Shown: positions 49,999-59,369, numbered from the stretch's first letter. The stretch: DNA of 64,000 nt from a bacterium (GCA_963674595.2 CAXXFV010000018.1:1-64000), one strand, 5' to 3'. Numbers and translations: made by a program. The notes: generated by a model from the letters alone, not told the origin.

Positions 49999-50274
49999 TT
50001 ACTTTTGGACAAGCTTGTATTTATAAACGTTAACGATTTTATTACCGAATAAATCTTCACCAACCAGCAAACACTCACTCTGAACATACTTTTCTGTCAA
50101 GGTAAGCAATTGTTCGCTAATGCCGTTTTCTGAAACAATGAATTTTTCAAATTGGTCATTAATAATAGCAACCTGAAGGACATGGTCCCCTTTGTCTCTT
50201 TCCATTGCGATTACAAGCCCGTTTATGTTGATATTTGGCTTACTTGAACAATTTTTAGTTTTGTCATGCTCCAT
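49999..50274 (-). CDS. Hypothetical protein, paralog of the downstream ORF
   Basis: INGLVIAMERDKGDHVLQVAI aligns with ITGVISAIEWDDNDNVIGIAI; start uncertain (50274 preferred over 50337). Confidence 0.65.
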   Translation of the reverse strand: MEHDKTKNCSSKPNININGLVIAMERDKGDHVLQVAIINDQFEKFIVSENGISEQLLTLTEKYVQSECLLVGEDLFGNKIVNVYKYKLVQK

Positions 50275-50326
50275 AATAACTATTATAAACCCAATCATAA
50301 TAAAATCAAATGACATTGATGTATAT

Positions 50327-50342
50327 ATAAATTTCATGCCAA
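50327..50342 (-). promoter_or_regulatory. Candidate sigma54 -24/-12 promoter (non-canonical -12)
   Basis: TTGGCATG-AAAT-TTAT versus consensus TGGCACG-N4-TTGC; IHF-like TAACAA-N4-TTG at 50359-50371. Confidence 0.4.
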
Positions 50343-50388
50343 TATTTTAAAACAATATTAACAATAGTTTGCAGCAAACTGAAGCAAG

Positions 50389-50413
50389 AAATCGGAAATA
50401 ATATTTCCGATTT
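50389..50413. promoter_or_regulatory. Palindrome 1, candidate enhancer (UAS) for the sigma54 activator
   Basis: AAATCGGAAATA-a-TATTTCCGATTT perfect inverted repeat. Confidence 0.65.
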
Positions 50414-50524
50414 AAGGTAAAAAGACATATTAACTAAAATAATAATTTTACAAAGATATGTTTCAGGAAGGAAATAAAATTTTGTTTATTATATTGTTAA
50501 GACCCAGGTTCACCATTAAAAATA

Positions 50525-50549
50525 AAATCGGAAGTAATTTTTCCGATTT
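50525..50549. promoter_or_regulatory. Palindrome 2, second copy of the candidate enhancer
   Basis: AAATCGGAA-N7-TTCCGATTT, same arms and spacing as copy 1. Confidence 0.65.
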
Positions 50550-50555
50550 ATTATT

Positions 50556-51953
50556 TTAATTTTTATAATAGTTCTTTTGCAAATTATATTTTGCCATCAG
50601 GTTGTTTAACTGACGCACGCCCAAACCGGCGGCCTGGGCTGTTTTATCAATTCGCCCATTAAATTTTATCAAGAGCTGCTCAAGGTATTCTTTTTCATAA
50701 CGCTCACAAACAATTTGCCTCCCCTGTTTCAGTGTGATCGATGTATCCGTTAAAAACTCTCTATACGGTTTATTTTCCTTAAACAAATCCTGCGGAAAAC
50801 TTTTTCTGCCCAGTATTTCCGTCTTTTCCAGAATATAGGCCCTCTCTATAATATTTTCGAGTTCACGGATATTTCCAGGCCAGGAGTATGCGAGCAGCGC
50901 ATTAAGAACAAACGGATCAATTCCCTTGATATGTTTAGCATGGTATCTGTTAAGCTTTTTAATAAATTTGTTGATGAGAAGAGGTATATCGTCAATTCGT
51001 TCCCGTAACGGAGGAATGTCAATCGGGAAAACATTTAATCGATAATACAAATCCGGACGAAAGCTCCCGTCGTTACACATTTTTAAAAGATCGGAATTCG
51101 TGGCAGCAATGATCCTTACATCTACTTCTATTTGCGATTCTCCGCCAACACGTTCAAAAGTTTTTTCCTGAAGGACCTGAAGTAATTTAATCTGCATGGC
51201 ATTTGAGATGGTACCGATTTCATCCAGAAATATCACACCGCCATCGGCTATTTCAAACTTGCCTAGTCTTCTTTTTATGGCTCCGGTAAAGGCCCCTTTT
51301 TCATGACCGAACAATTCACTTTCCAGCAAATTTTCCGGAATGGCGCCGCAATGAACGCTGATAAACTGATTGTTGCGCCGATAGCTATGCTGATGAATTA
51401 AATTAGCAACAACGCCTTTTCCGACACCTGTTTCACCTGTCAATAAAACCGTCGTTTCTGTTTGGCTCACAGCACGAACTTTGTCAAACACAATTTTCAT
51501 TGAATCACTGTTTGTCTGTAAAATGGCAAGGGATTCTTTTTGCCAGAATTTATCACGTAAATAATCCAATTCAGATTGAAGTCTTGTGTTTTCATCAATG
51601 CTTTCCAGACAAAGTTCAACTTCGTGTTTTGTAAAAGGGAAAATAATGTATTCACTGGCCCCAAACTTGACCGCTTTAACAGCATCCCCAATTAAAGATT
51701 GCGGACAAATGATTATTATTTCCATTGTCGGAAAAATATTCCAAACCTTTTTTAAAATTTCTTTATAGTTTCCGGTATTATTTGACTTGAATAAATCAAT
51801 ATCTATAAAAAAATAATCAAACCTTTTGTTATGCAAACAATCAAAGCTTTCCTGTAATCCGGTCGCAATTTCAATATCATATTCCGAACGAAACGATGAA
51901 AACAGACTATACCCAACCTCTTTGGTTTTAGAGGCAACAAGAAACGATTTCAT
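50556..51953 (-). CDS. Sigma54-dependent (NtrC/Fis-family) activator with atypical receiver domain
   Basis: GETGVGK, ESELFGHEKGAFTGA, FLDEIG, FRPDLYYRLNV, WPGNIRELEN, C-terminal HTH. Confidence 0.93.
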   Translation of the reverse strand: MKSFLVASKTKEVGYSLFSSFRSEYDIEIATGLQESFDCLHNKRFDYFFIDIDLFKSNNTGNYKEILKKVWNIFPTMEIIIICPQSLIGDAVKAVKFGASEYIIFPFTKHEVELCLESIDENTRLQSELDYLRDKFWQKESLAILQTNSDSMKIVFDKVRAVSQTETTVLLTGETGVGKGVVANLIHQHSYRRNNQFISVHCGAIPENLLESELFGHEKGAFTGAIKRRLGKFEIADGGVIFLDEIGTISNAMQIKLLQVLQEKTFERVGGESQIEVDVRIIAATNSDLLKMCNDGSFRPDLYYRLNVFPIDIPPLRERIDDIPLLINKFIKKLNRYHAKHIKGIDPFVLNALLAYSWPGNIRELENIIERAYILEKTEILGRKSFPQDLFKENKPYREFLTDTSITLKQGRQIVCERYEKEYLEQLLIKFNGRIDKTAQAAGLGVRQLNNLMAKYNLQKNYYKN

Positions 51954-52072
51954 AAATCTACCCTGTTGACATTTAATAATCAGTGCTTACACAATTTGTA
52001 TAATATTATATATACAAACTTTATAAAATGTTAACAATATAAAAATCAGGATTTTCTTTACGGAAACAAATC

Positions 52073-52735
52073 CTAAACCTGATTAGCGTGAATATTTCCC
52101 AAAATTTCAAGACTAATTTCAGAAAAATTATTTATAACAAAATCAGCAATTGCAAGTTCGTTTTTAGTATGTGTCGTTGCCAGTGCAATGACTTTCATAC
52201 CTGCGTTTTGCGCGGAAGCAATACCGGACAATGAATCTTCAAATGCAATGCAATTTTCCGGTTTTTGTTGTAAGATCTCGGCTGTTTTTAAATAAATTTC
52301 CGGGTGCGGTTTACTGTTTATAATGTATGTATTGTCAATAATGACCTTGAAATAATCCAGTAAATCCGTATTGGACAATACAAATTCCACATTAACAGGC
52401 GGTGCGGAAGTAGCAATAGCATATTCTATTTTATTTTCAACCAACTGCTGCAGAAAATTTTCCAGTCCTTGTAAAGGTTTTATATAGGGCCGAAACAGAT
52501 TTCTGTATTTGTTGTCGATAGCCGTTGTATATTTTTCAATATCATCATTGGAAAGTGCTGCATTGAACAAAATTTTCAGCGCTTCACTTCCGGTCCTGCC
52601 AAAGACCTTTTCCCGCAGTTCTTTTTCGGTTAAATGAATATTGTGCTGTTTTAAAAATAAATACCACGCTTTTTGGTGATAGGGATTGCTATCCACAATT
52701 ACACCATCCAGATCAAAAATAACAGAAAAATCCAT
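52073..52735 (-). CDS. HAD-family phosphatase (beta-phosphoglucomutase-like)
   Basis: FDLDGVIVDS, ATS, KPHPEIY, FEDS..G..SA..AGM. Confidence 0.9.
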   Translation of the reverse strand: MDFSVIFDLDGVIVDSNPYHQKAWYLFLKQHNIHLTEKELREKVFGRTGSEALKILFNAALSNDDIEKYTTAIDNKYRNLFRPYIKPLQGLENFLQQLVENKIEYAIATSAPPVNVEFVLSNTDLLDYFKVIIDNTYIINSKPHPEIYLKTAEILQQKPENCIAFEDSLSGIASAQNAGMKVIALATTHTKNELAIADFVINNFSEISLEILGNIHANQV

Positions 52736-52816
52736 ATAATTTCTTTTTTATTTAAATGAATAACAGTTGTAAAACAGTGAAAATTAGCTAAAATTCAAAG
52801 ATTTTACAAATAAAAG

Positions 52817-52851
52817 AAAAAATCCTCAAAAACAAAAATTTTTGAGGATTT
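52817..52851 (-). terminator. Intrinsic terminator
   Basis: AAATCCTCAAAAA...TTTTTGAGGATTT hairpin. Confidence 0.65.
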
Positions 52852-52876
52852 ACGGGTTGTATATTTAACGTCTCTG

Positions 52877-53614
52877 CTAATTTTTAGTTTCCAAATTTTC
52901 GCTGAGTTGTGTGATAGGTACAAGCTGAAGTTTTCGAAATTCTACAACCGAACCTTCGGCCTGTAAAGCGATCTGTCCTTTAGAGGCGGTACAATCATAT
53001 CCATAATTAACCAAATCACCGTTTACCCACACTTTGATGGAATTTTCAAAACATTCGATCACCATAACATTCCACTCACCCAGAGGTTTCTCAGAATCAT
53101 CAGTCAGATTAAGAATCCGGCGGTTTTTACCGTCTGTTGAACCCCATTTTTCTTTTGGGCCCCGCCGTGCCTCCATGTCGGGAACGGTAATGTCTTCGGC
53201 AATACACCAAAAGTCACCGGCATTTTCATGGTGCATCTGCACTTCAATGGATTGCGGGAACATGCTGTAAAGCGCCCGTGGTGTTGACGAGTGAACAAGC
53301 ACACCGCAATTTCCCGGTTTTTCCGGGAAACGGTATTCCACCGTCAATTTGTAATTAGAAAAGCTGGAATCTGTGATCAGGTGGCCTCGGGGCTCCCCAA
53401 GGCTGACAAGCAATCCATTGCGAACAATAAACGGGCTTGTAACGTTTGCATTTTCATCATCCATGGCCGGAACATCCGCATGCCACCCTTTTAGATCCAC
53501 ACCATCAAACAACGCCAAAGAGCCGTCTTTAGATTCAGGTTGAGGTTGATGTTGGGATTGACAAGCCGGTAATAAACATAAAACCAGGTATAGTAAATGT
53601 CTTTTCTTTAACAT
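52877..53614 (-). CDS. DUF1080 (3-keto-disaccharide hydrolase-like) lipoprotein
   Basis: Lipobox LPAC; LFDGVDLKGW, GNCGV, IEVQ, GEWN, VNG, GQIALQAEG..VEFR. Confidence 0.88.
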   Translation of the reverse strand: MLKKRHLLYLVLCLLPACQSQHQPQPESKDGSLALFDGVDLKGWHADVPAMDDENANVTSPFIVRNGLLVSLGEPRGHLITDSSFSNYKLTVEYRFPEKPGNCGVLVHSSTPRALYSMFPQSIEVQMHHENAGDFWCIAEDITVPDMEARRGPKEKWGSTDGKNRRILNLTDDSEKPLGEWNVMVIECFENSIKVWVNGDLVNYGYDCTASKGQIALQAEGSVVEFRKLQLVPITQLSENLETKN

Positions 53615-53702
53615 AATGCTCCTCCTCATTTAACTATTATTCAAATCCTGTACTAAATACTCGGTTATTCTCTTAATCCTAAATCTGATGTTTTAACGCT
53701 AT

Positions 53703-54311
53703 TTATTTTTCGGATTCACCATTATTCTCACCGGGATAATAACAATTTAGAATTGAATCCATCGGTTCTTTACCATCAGCAATACCGCTTACTTTTTGCC
53801 ATAACTCAGTACCTATTAATTTTAGCAGCGGTTGCTCAACAGAAGGAATTTTTTTAAAAGCCTGAAAAAGTTTCTTGTCCCAAATACGGGCATATTTTAC
53901 AATATCATCAGGATAGACAATTTTTCGCCGGGTGCCTTCCGGCATCGCTCTAAATGGGCGGGATAAGTTCAAATATCCATAATCGTCGGTTAATTGATCG
54001 CCGGGTTGAATATCACGAATAGCGATCTCAAAATCATAAGCAGTTGTTAAACAATTTGAATTAAAACTATGATTAACATACCGGCCATTGTCCCAGCAGA
54101 GCACAAAGTTACCCTTGTTATTTCGAAAAGAATAAGTATCCAGGATGTCTTTATAAATATCGTCCATTTCCAAAATATCCAGCGGTGAAAATTCACGGTC
54201 CAGTTTGTCCTGAACCCAAACAATCGTCCCCTTTTTAATCAGAGTTTTGGCCAGCACGCCATAACCGATTTCGTTATTAATATATCCAAGTTCAGTTTCC
54301 GGATGTATCAT
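53703..54311 (-). CDS. SET domain protein
   Basis: GYGVLA...IKKG, RYVNHSFNSN, AIRDIQPGDQLTDDY. Confidence 0.9.
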   Translation of the reverse strand: MIHPETELGYINNEIGYGVLAKTLIKKGTIVWVQDKLDREFSPLDILEMDDIYKDILDTYSFRNNKGNFVLCWDNGRYVNHSFNSNCLTTAYDFEIAIRDIQPGDQLTDDYGYLNLSRPFRAMPEGTRRKIVYPDDIVKYARIWDKKLFQAFKKIPSVEQPLLKLIGTELWQKVSGIADGKEPMDSILNCYYPGENNGESEK

Positions 54312-54496
54312 TTTCTTTATTGATCCTCTCGAAAAAAGGTTAAATCATAAATAAAAAACAATTAAACCGCGAATATACATATTTTTTTGAAAAATCAAAT
54401 AAAAATATTTTACATCCAGACAAAACTCAAGCAATTAACCTTATGAAAACCAAACATCCTGATTATTTAAAAAAATCCAAAGCAAAATTGTATATC

Positions 54497-56800
54497 TCAA
54501 TCTTTTATCTGTGAGTAAATTCCTGAAAATGAATATTGACCGGATGGAATTTCACACACAGTGTATTCTTTAAATTTCTCTATAATTTTAATATCTCCGG
54601 CATCAGACAAGTTTTTATCGTTTTCTGTTAAAGACTTTATTTGCACGCATGGCAACCACACCTGAGCGTGGCAATTGGCCGGTATGGTTATATCGAAATT
54701 AAAACGGTCTTTATCAAGTTTCCAGTCACATACTATCTCTCCCCGGACCGTGGGACAACAGACAGAAGCTTTTTCCAGATCAGCAGGTTGTGGTTTTATT
54801 TTAAAAACAGAAAAACCCGGCTCAAGCGGTTCTATACCAAAAAGTTTACGGGGAATAATATTAGCCGGAGCCGCGCCCCAGGCATGGGTCCATCCCAAAT
54901 TGGGTTTAAAATATTCATCCCAGGCCTCTGTCGTTATTGTTGAACCGACATTAATCATATTCATCCAACTGCGTTGTGATTCGGATGTCATTAGCTGTAA
55001 CGCATATTCAGCTTCTCCACAATTATACAGGGCTTCCAGCAAATACTGCGCACCATAAACACTGCAAGCCATGTTTCTCGTTTTAATAAATTTTATAACG
55101 GATGGTATGTATTCGTCGGGTACAATACCAAAGGCGAGCGGAAACATATTGGCATGCAAAGATGAATGGTCTGTGCCGATGCCATCGACATAAATATTTT
55201 TCTCTTTATCAAACAGCAATTCATTTATTGATTTCTTGACCCGTTTCGCCTGTTCCTTATAAAAAGCAGCATCCTGTTCTTTATTTAAAGCCAAAGCCAT
55301 TTTTGCCATCATGTCCAATCCTTTGTAGTAAAAAGCATTCACAACCGTATTATAGGGCATAAAAACGTGACCGTCCGTTTCGCCATTCGCTAAAGGACTC
55401 TGATTACTGGCCTGTTTTTTTCCGGTAGGCGTTCCCGCCGGCCAGTCCACAATGTCGCGAAAGCTTTTCCCGTGGTAATAAACACTTTTCAAAAATTCAG
55501 GAGTGACCAAACCGGTTTTGGTGCTGATCAGATTATTTTTTTCGGACAAGGCCATCAATGTTTTGGCTTTTAAAACATCATAATTTTGCTGAATATTTTC
55601 CGTATTACCGGTATACATAAAATCGGCAAAAGCCATAAAAATTGAGTGACTATGCCATTCTGTCGGCCAGGATGGATTGTAAAAAAGAAACTGGTTGGTA
55701 TACCGGGCAACGGAATATTCGCGGTCCACACAATAATGCCCAAGCTGCTGTATATAGGCATCTGCCTCATAGGGCATTCGTTCCCTGTTACCGTCCGCAT
55801 ATAAAGCCAGAAACGGGGTCGCCTTTAAGGAATATTTACACAAGTCCCACACCTGATTTAAATTGTCATTTGATGATGTAAAAAATGAAGCATTATCATC
55901 GAAATAATAAAACAAGGCAAACTGTTTGATGTCTTTTTTCTCAAGATTTGACGGACAGTTGATAATTTCCGCATACCGAAACGGCAAAACTTCGGTCATG
56001 TGTTCGGCAAGGACCTGACTGTTCGGATAATGTGAGATATGTCTTGGTAATTCAAGTTTATAATCGTACTTACCTTGTTTTAAAGGTAATATAACTTTTT
56101 TAAAACCAATATTGGTTTTTCCAGGATGTTTATGTACGGCATCCCCTTCTCTGCGTGAACCCATGTAAATGATTACCGAATCATTTGCTGTATCACTTTT
56201 CATTGAAATTTTAAGAGTCGCAAAGGCTGCTTTGCCGAAATCAACAAAATAGTGTCCTTTACCGATTTTAAGAATTTCTTTTGGATCAATATCAAAATAA
56301 GTAGAGCGCTGGCGGTTTTCCAACAGCCACTGATCATCCACCTTTACCCAGTCACTTTCAAAGGGCCAGTTACGATCAAGTTTATTAAAAACTCCTGTCC
56401 TGAATTGTTGCGGTCTGCTGAAATCACTCGGTTTGCCGTCACCATCATAGGTTTTGACCTTCCAGAAATAATTCGAATTCTCCTGCAAAGCTTTTCCCTG
56501 GTATTCAACAGAAACCGATTGTGATGACCGGACTTTGCCGCTGTCCCACATATCACCCTGGTCTTTATGCAAAAGTTGTTTATCGGAAGCAACAAGAATT
56601 TGAAAAGCTGATTGAACGGCACCGCGACGGGTATCGTTAACAATCCATGAAAATTCCGGATTTTGGTCGGTAATTACTGCCTGAGAAGGCTCACGCAGTA
56701 ATTCACATAAAAGCCCATAAGGCGCCTCTAATTTGGGTGTCGGCGCACACATTATAAAACCGATAACGATCAATACAACAAACAAATCCAGATACTTCAT
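54497..56800 (-). CDS. GH78 alpha-L-rhamnosidase-family lipoprotein
   Basis: WDSGKV, YFWKVK, DFG, DGNRERMPYEAD, IVDWP, T.EAW, HAWGAAP, IKPQP. Confidence 0.88.
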   Translation of the reverse strand: MKYLDLFVVLIVIGFIMCAPTPKLEAPYGLLCELLREPSQAVITDQNPEFSWIVNDTRRGAVQSAFQILVASDKQLLHKDQGDMWDSGKVRSSQSVSVEYQGKALQENSNYFWKVKTYDGDGKPSDFSRPQQFRTGVFNKLDRNWPFESDWVKVDDQWLLENRQRSTYFDIDPKEILKIGKGHYFVDFGKAAFATLKISMKSDTANDSVIIYMGSRREGDAVHKHPGKTNIGFKKVILPLKQGKYDYKLELPRHISHYPNSQVLAEHMTEVLPFRYAEIINCPSNLEKKDIKQFALFYYFDDNASFFTSSNDNLNQVWDLCKYSLKATPFLALYADGNRERMPYEADAYIQQLGHYCVDREYSVARYTNQFLFYNPSWPTEWHSHSIFMAFADFMYTGNTENIQQNYDVLKAKTLMALSEKNNLISTKTGLVTPEFLKSVYYHGKSFRDIVDWPAGTPTGKKQASNQSPLANGETDGHVFMPYNTVVNAFYYKGLDMMAKMALALNKEQDAAFYKEQAKRVKKSINELLFDKEKNIYVDGIGTDHSSLHANMFPLAFGIVPDEYIPSVIKFIKTRNMACSVYGAQYLLEALYNCGEAEYALQLMTSESQRSWMNMINVGSTITTEAWDEYFKPNLGWTHAWGAAPANIIPRKLFGIEPLEPGFSVFKIKPQPADLEKASVCCPTVRGEIVCDWKLDKDRFNFDITIPANCHAQVWLPCVQIKSLTENDKNLSDAGDIKIIEKFKEYTVCEIPSGQYSFSGIYSQIKD

Positions 56801-56924
56801 CTCGCCTCCAATATAATTTACCTGCTATCTTTGCAGCCACGTAAAATTCTGTTTAATGTCCTGTTAAACTCTTACCAATATTCTAAATATAGTTAAATTT
56901 TTCAAGTACTTTATCTCTTTACAT

Positions 56925-56978
56925 AAAAAAAGTGAAAAATGAATCGGTGCTTACAGCAAAACCGTTCACTTTTCACTT
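56925..56978 (-). terminator. Imperfect hairpin, probable terminator
   Basis: AAGTGAAAA..TGAA..CGGT / ACCG..TTCA..TTTTCACTT with a U-run on the minus strand. Confidence 0.5.
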
Positions 56979-57031
56979 ATATTTTTATCTAATAATTTTA
57001 ACGAAAACTAAATCAATACATCGTGTGTTTG

Positions 57032-58078
57032 TTATTCAAAAATTTGTTCGATAAAGTTTTTGGATCGATTATGTTTTCTTTGCATCCATTTATACTGATC
57101 ACGGGTGACAATTGCCAACGGACCGTATAAAATACCACCGTCACCAAGTACATCATAAACACAAACAGCCAATGTATTGTCCTTGTCCCATCGAATAAGG
57201 TGAGACGGAATGAAATAGTAACGCACCCTTTTCCAGTTGAAATGTTTTGTCTCAGGGTACTGTTCACGATAAACAGGCCCGGTATGCCCTATTTTTACAC
57301 CATTAAAATAAACTTCATCAAAATCATCTATCATTCCCAGTACAAGAATAAATTTTGTGTCCTTGTCTTTTTTATCAAAGTCAATTTTCTTTCGGTACCA
57401 TGCAAATCCGTCATAATCCGGGAATCCCTGTGTTTCCCAAACACCCGGTGCTGTAATTTCTTTCCAATCAGAGTCGTTAAAGTCGGGACTCGCCCATGAC
57501 TCATCATCACCGGGAGAGAACTTCCAGCTTCCGGCAAGGTCGTGCTCAGTAAATGTAAAGTTCTCTTTACAAGAATAAATTCCGATATCATCACCATCTT
57601 TAATACCGCCGTGAGACGTGTAATCATAAACTCTGATGGCTATAACATTCCTTTTGTCAAAGTTCAGATAACTTTTAGGAAGCTCATAAAGTCTTAATTC
57701 ATTGTGCGCTGTTCTTGTGTTTGGCGGAAACATTCCCTTTCCCCCCAACTTTTTGCCATTGATAAAAAGTTCGTCCACATCATCGATGTACCCAAGATTA
57801 AGAATTAATCGTTCCTTTTCCAGGTCATCAGACAGGTTAAAACTTTTTCTGTACCAGGCAAATCCGTCATACCCTGGAAAACCCTGTTCTTCCCATGCGG
57901 ATGGTACTTTAATCAACTCCCAGTGAGAATCATCATAGTCCGGCTTGGCGTATGCAGCATCATCACCTGGTTCAAACCGCCATTTACCTTTCAAATTAAC
58001 CTCTCGATCAAAATCATCAGCCACTGCTGAGCATACAAACAAAGCCAGAAAAACAAAAATACAGTAATACCTGTTCAT
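57032..58078 (-). CDS. Secreted protein of two tandem galactose-binding (beta-galactosidase jelly-roll) domains
   Basis: Internal duplication: L.G.W.F.PGDD...P..WE.QGFP.YDGFAWYRK...LG.IDD.DE...NG occurs twice. Confidence 0.85.
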   Translation of the reverse strand: MNRYYCIFVFLALFVCSAVADDFDREVNLKGKWRFEPGDDAAYAKPDYDDSHWELIKVPSAWEEQGFPGYDGFAWYRKSFNLSDDLEKERLILNLGYIDDVDELFINGKKLGGKGMFPPNTRTAHNELRLYELPKSYLNFDKRNVIAIRVYDYTSHGGIKDGDDIGIYSCKENFTFTEHDLAGSWKFSPGDDESWASPDFNDSDWKEITAPGVWETQGFPDYDGFAWYRKKIDFDKKDKDTKFILVLGMIDDFDEVYFNGVKIGHTGPVYREQYPETKHFNWKRVRYYFIPSHLIRWDKDNTLAVCVYDVLGDGGILYGPLAIVTRDQYKWMQRKHNRSKNFIEQIFE

Positions 58079-58245
58079 AAACTTCTCCCATATTTTTAAT
58101 TGTCAGCTAAAAATTTATATATAATAAAATAACGACAGACTTGATCACTTCCCTATGAAAAATTATAAGGAATTATTGAAAAAATGTTTCAAAATATATC
58201 ATTTTTTTAATTGCCGTTAATTTAACATGCTGGTTTTTATAATCA

Positions 58246-58767
58246 CTAAAACAACGAAAAAAACCTTTGCCGAAAGTGCGAAAGCAGGTAATCCAGCACG
58301 ATAAAAAAGATCAGGACGGCTATGGAAATAAGGATGATGGGATTGATTTGCCCCAATACAATGCCGGCAGAATGAAAAATTTTTAAAACCGCATCCGAAT
58401 CAGGTAATAACAGCGACCAGTCATTTTTCAAATTTTTCCATAAAACAGGAATATCAACATTTGACAACGTCGAATTAATTGTAATAATAATTCCGAATAA
58501 AATGAGAAAAACATACCAAAGGTCCGCATGAACAGAACCAAGCTGCTGCCTTTTAATTTTTTTCATCACTTTTTTGGAAAACCTAGGAGACAATTGAACA
58601 CGAGTCCCTTGTTTAACCTGAACAGCCAATGACCGATAAAACGCTTCAACCTGCCTGCATTCCGGGCATATTTCCAAATGTTTTTCCACAATCGACAGCT
58701 CTGCCGGATTGAGGCTATTATCGATAAATGATTGTATCTGCTCGTCTGATATATGTTTTATTGCCAT
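58246..58767 (-). CDS. zf-HC2 anti-sigma factor
   Basis: H...HLEICPEC (HxxxCxxC) plus two TM helices; overlaps the ECF sigma stop. Confidence 0.88.
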   Translation of the reverse strand: MAIKHISDEQIQSFIDNSLNPAELSIVEKHLEICPECRQVEAFYRSLAVQVKQGTRVQLSPRFSKKVMKKIKRQQLGSVHADLWYVFLILFGIIITINSTLSNVDIPVLWKNLKNDWSLLLPDSDAVLKIFHSAGIVLGQINPIILISIAVLIFFIVLDYLLSHFRQRFFSLF

Positions 58768-59333
58768 ATTTCCTCCTTTTGGAACCTGGAAATCAGGCGT
58801 TCTTTTAAATACTTGCGTGCTCGGAACAAATAATTTTTTACAGTGCCTTCCGGCATATCCATCAACTCTCCTATTTCCTCGTAACTCATCTCCTGGATGT
58901 GAAACAAAACCAGCACAGTACCATAACGGGGCGGTAACTGGTCGATCTCACGATGCAAGCGCTGCGCCATATCATTAGACATTGTTATCTGCTGCGGATT
59001 ATCATTTTCTTCAGAATATTCAAAGGACTGATCATCGGACGTAAAATCATCATATAAAGGTACTTTCTTTTTTTCCAGATAATTTAAGCAAGTGTTAAAG
59101 GCAATTTTACCGATCCAGGTTGATAATTTGGATTCAAATTTAAAACGACCCAGGTTACGGTAAACTTTGAGAAAAACGTCCTGACACAAATCTTCACGTA
59201 CGGATACGTCAGACACCATTTTAAAAATGATATGCGCAACAAGGTTTTGATATTGTTTAATAATCTTTTCAAAGGACCGATGGTTCCCATTCTGTATTTC
59301 GTCGATCCAATTTTTTTCCTGTTCTTTTGTCAT
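58758..59333 (-). CDS. ECF RNA polymerase sigma factor (SigW-like)
   Basis: EDLCQDVFLK, LSTWIGKIAFN, SYEEIGELMDMPEGTVKNYLFRAR. Confidence 0.93.
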   Translation of the reverse strand: MTKEQEKNWIDEIQNGNHRSFEKIIKQYQNLVAHIIFKMVSDVSVREDLCQDVFLKVYRNLGRFKFESKLSTWIGKIAFNTCLNYLEKKKVPLYDDFTSDDQSFEYSEENDNPQQITMSNDMAQRLHREIDQLPPRYGTVLVLFHIQEMSYEEIGELMDMPEGTVKNYLFRARKYLKERLISRFQKEEIWQ

Positions 59334-59343
59334 ATTTTTAATA

Positions 59344-59369
59344 GACAGGTCATTCCTATAAATGTTGCA
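59344..59369 (-). promoter_or_regulatory. ECF-type promoter for the sigma/anti-sigma pair
   Basis: TGCAACATTTA-N10-CTGTC, ending about 10 nt before the sigma ATG. Confidence 0.65.
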
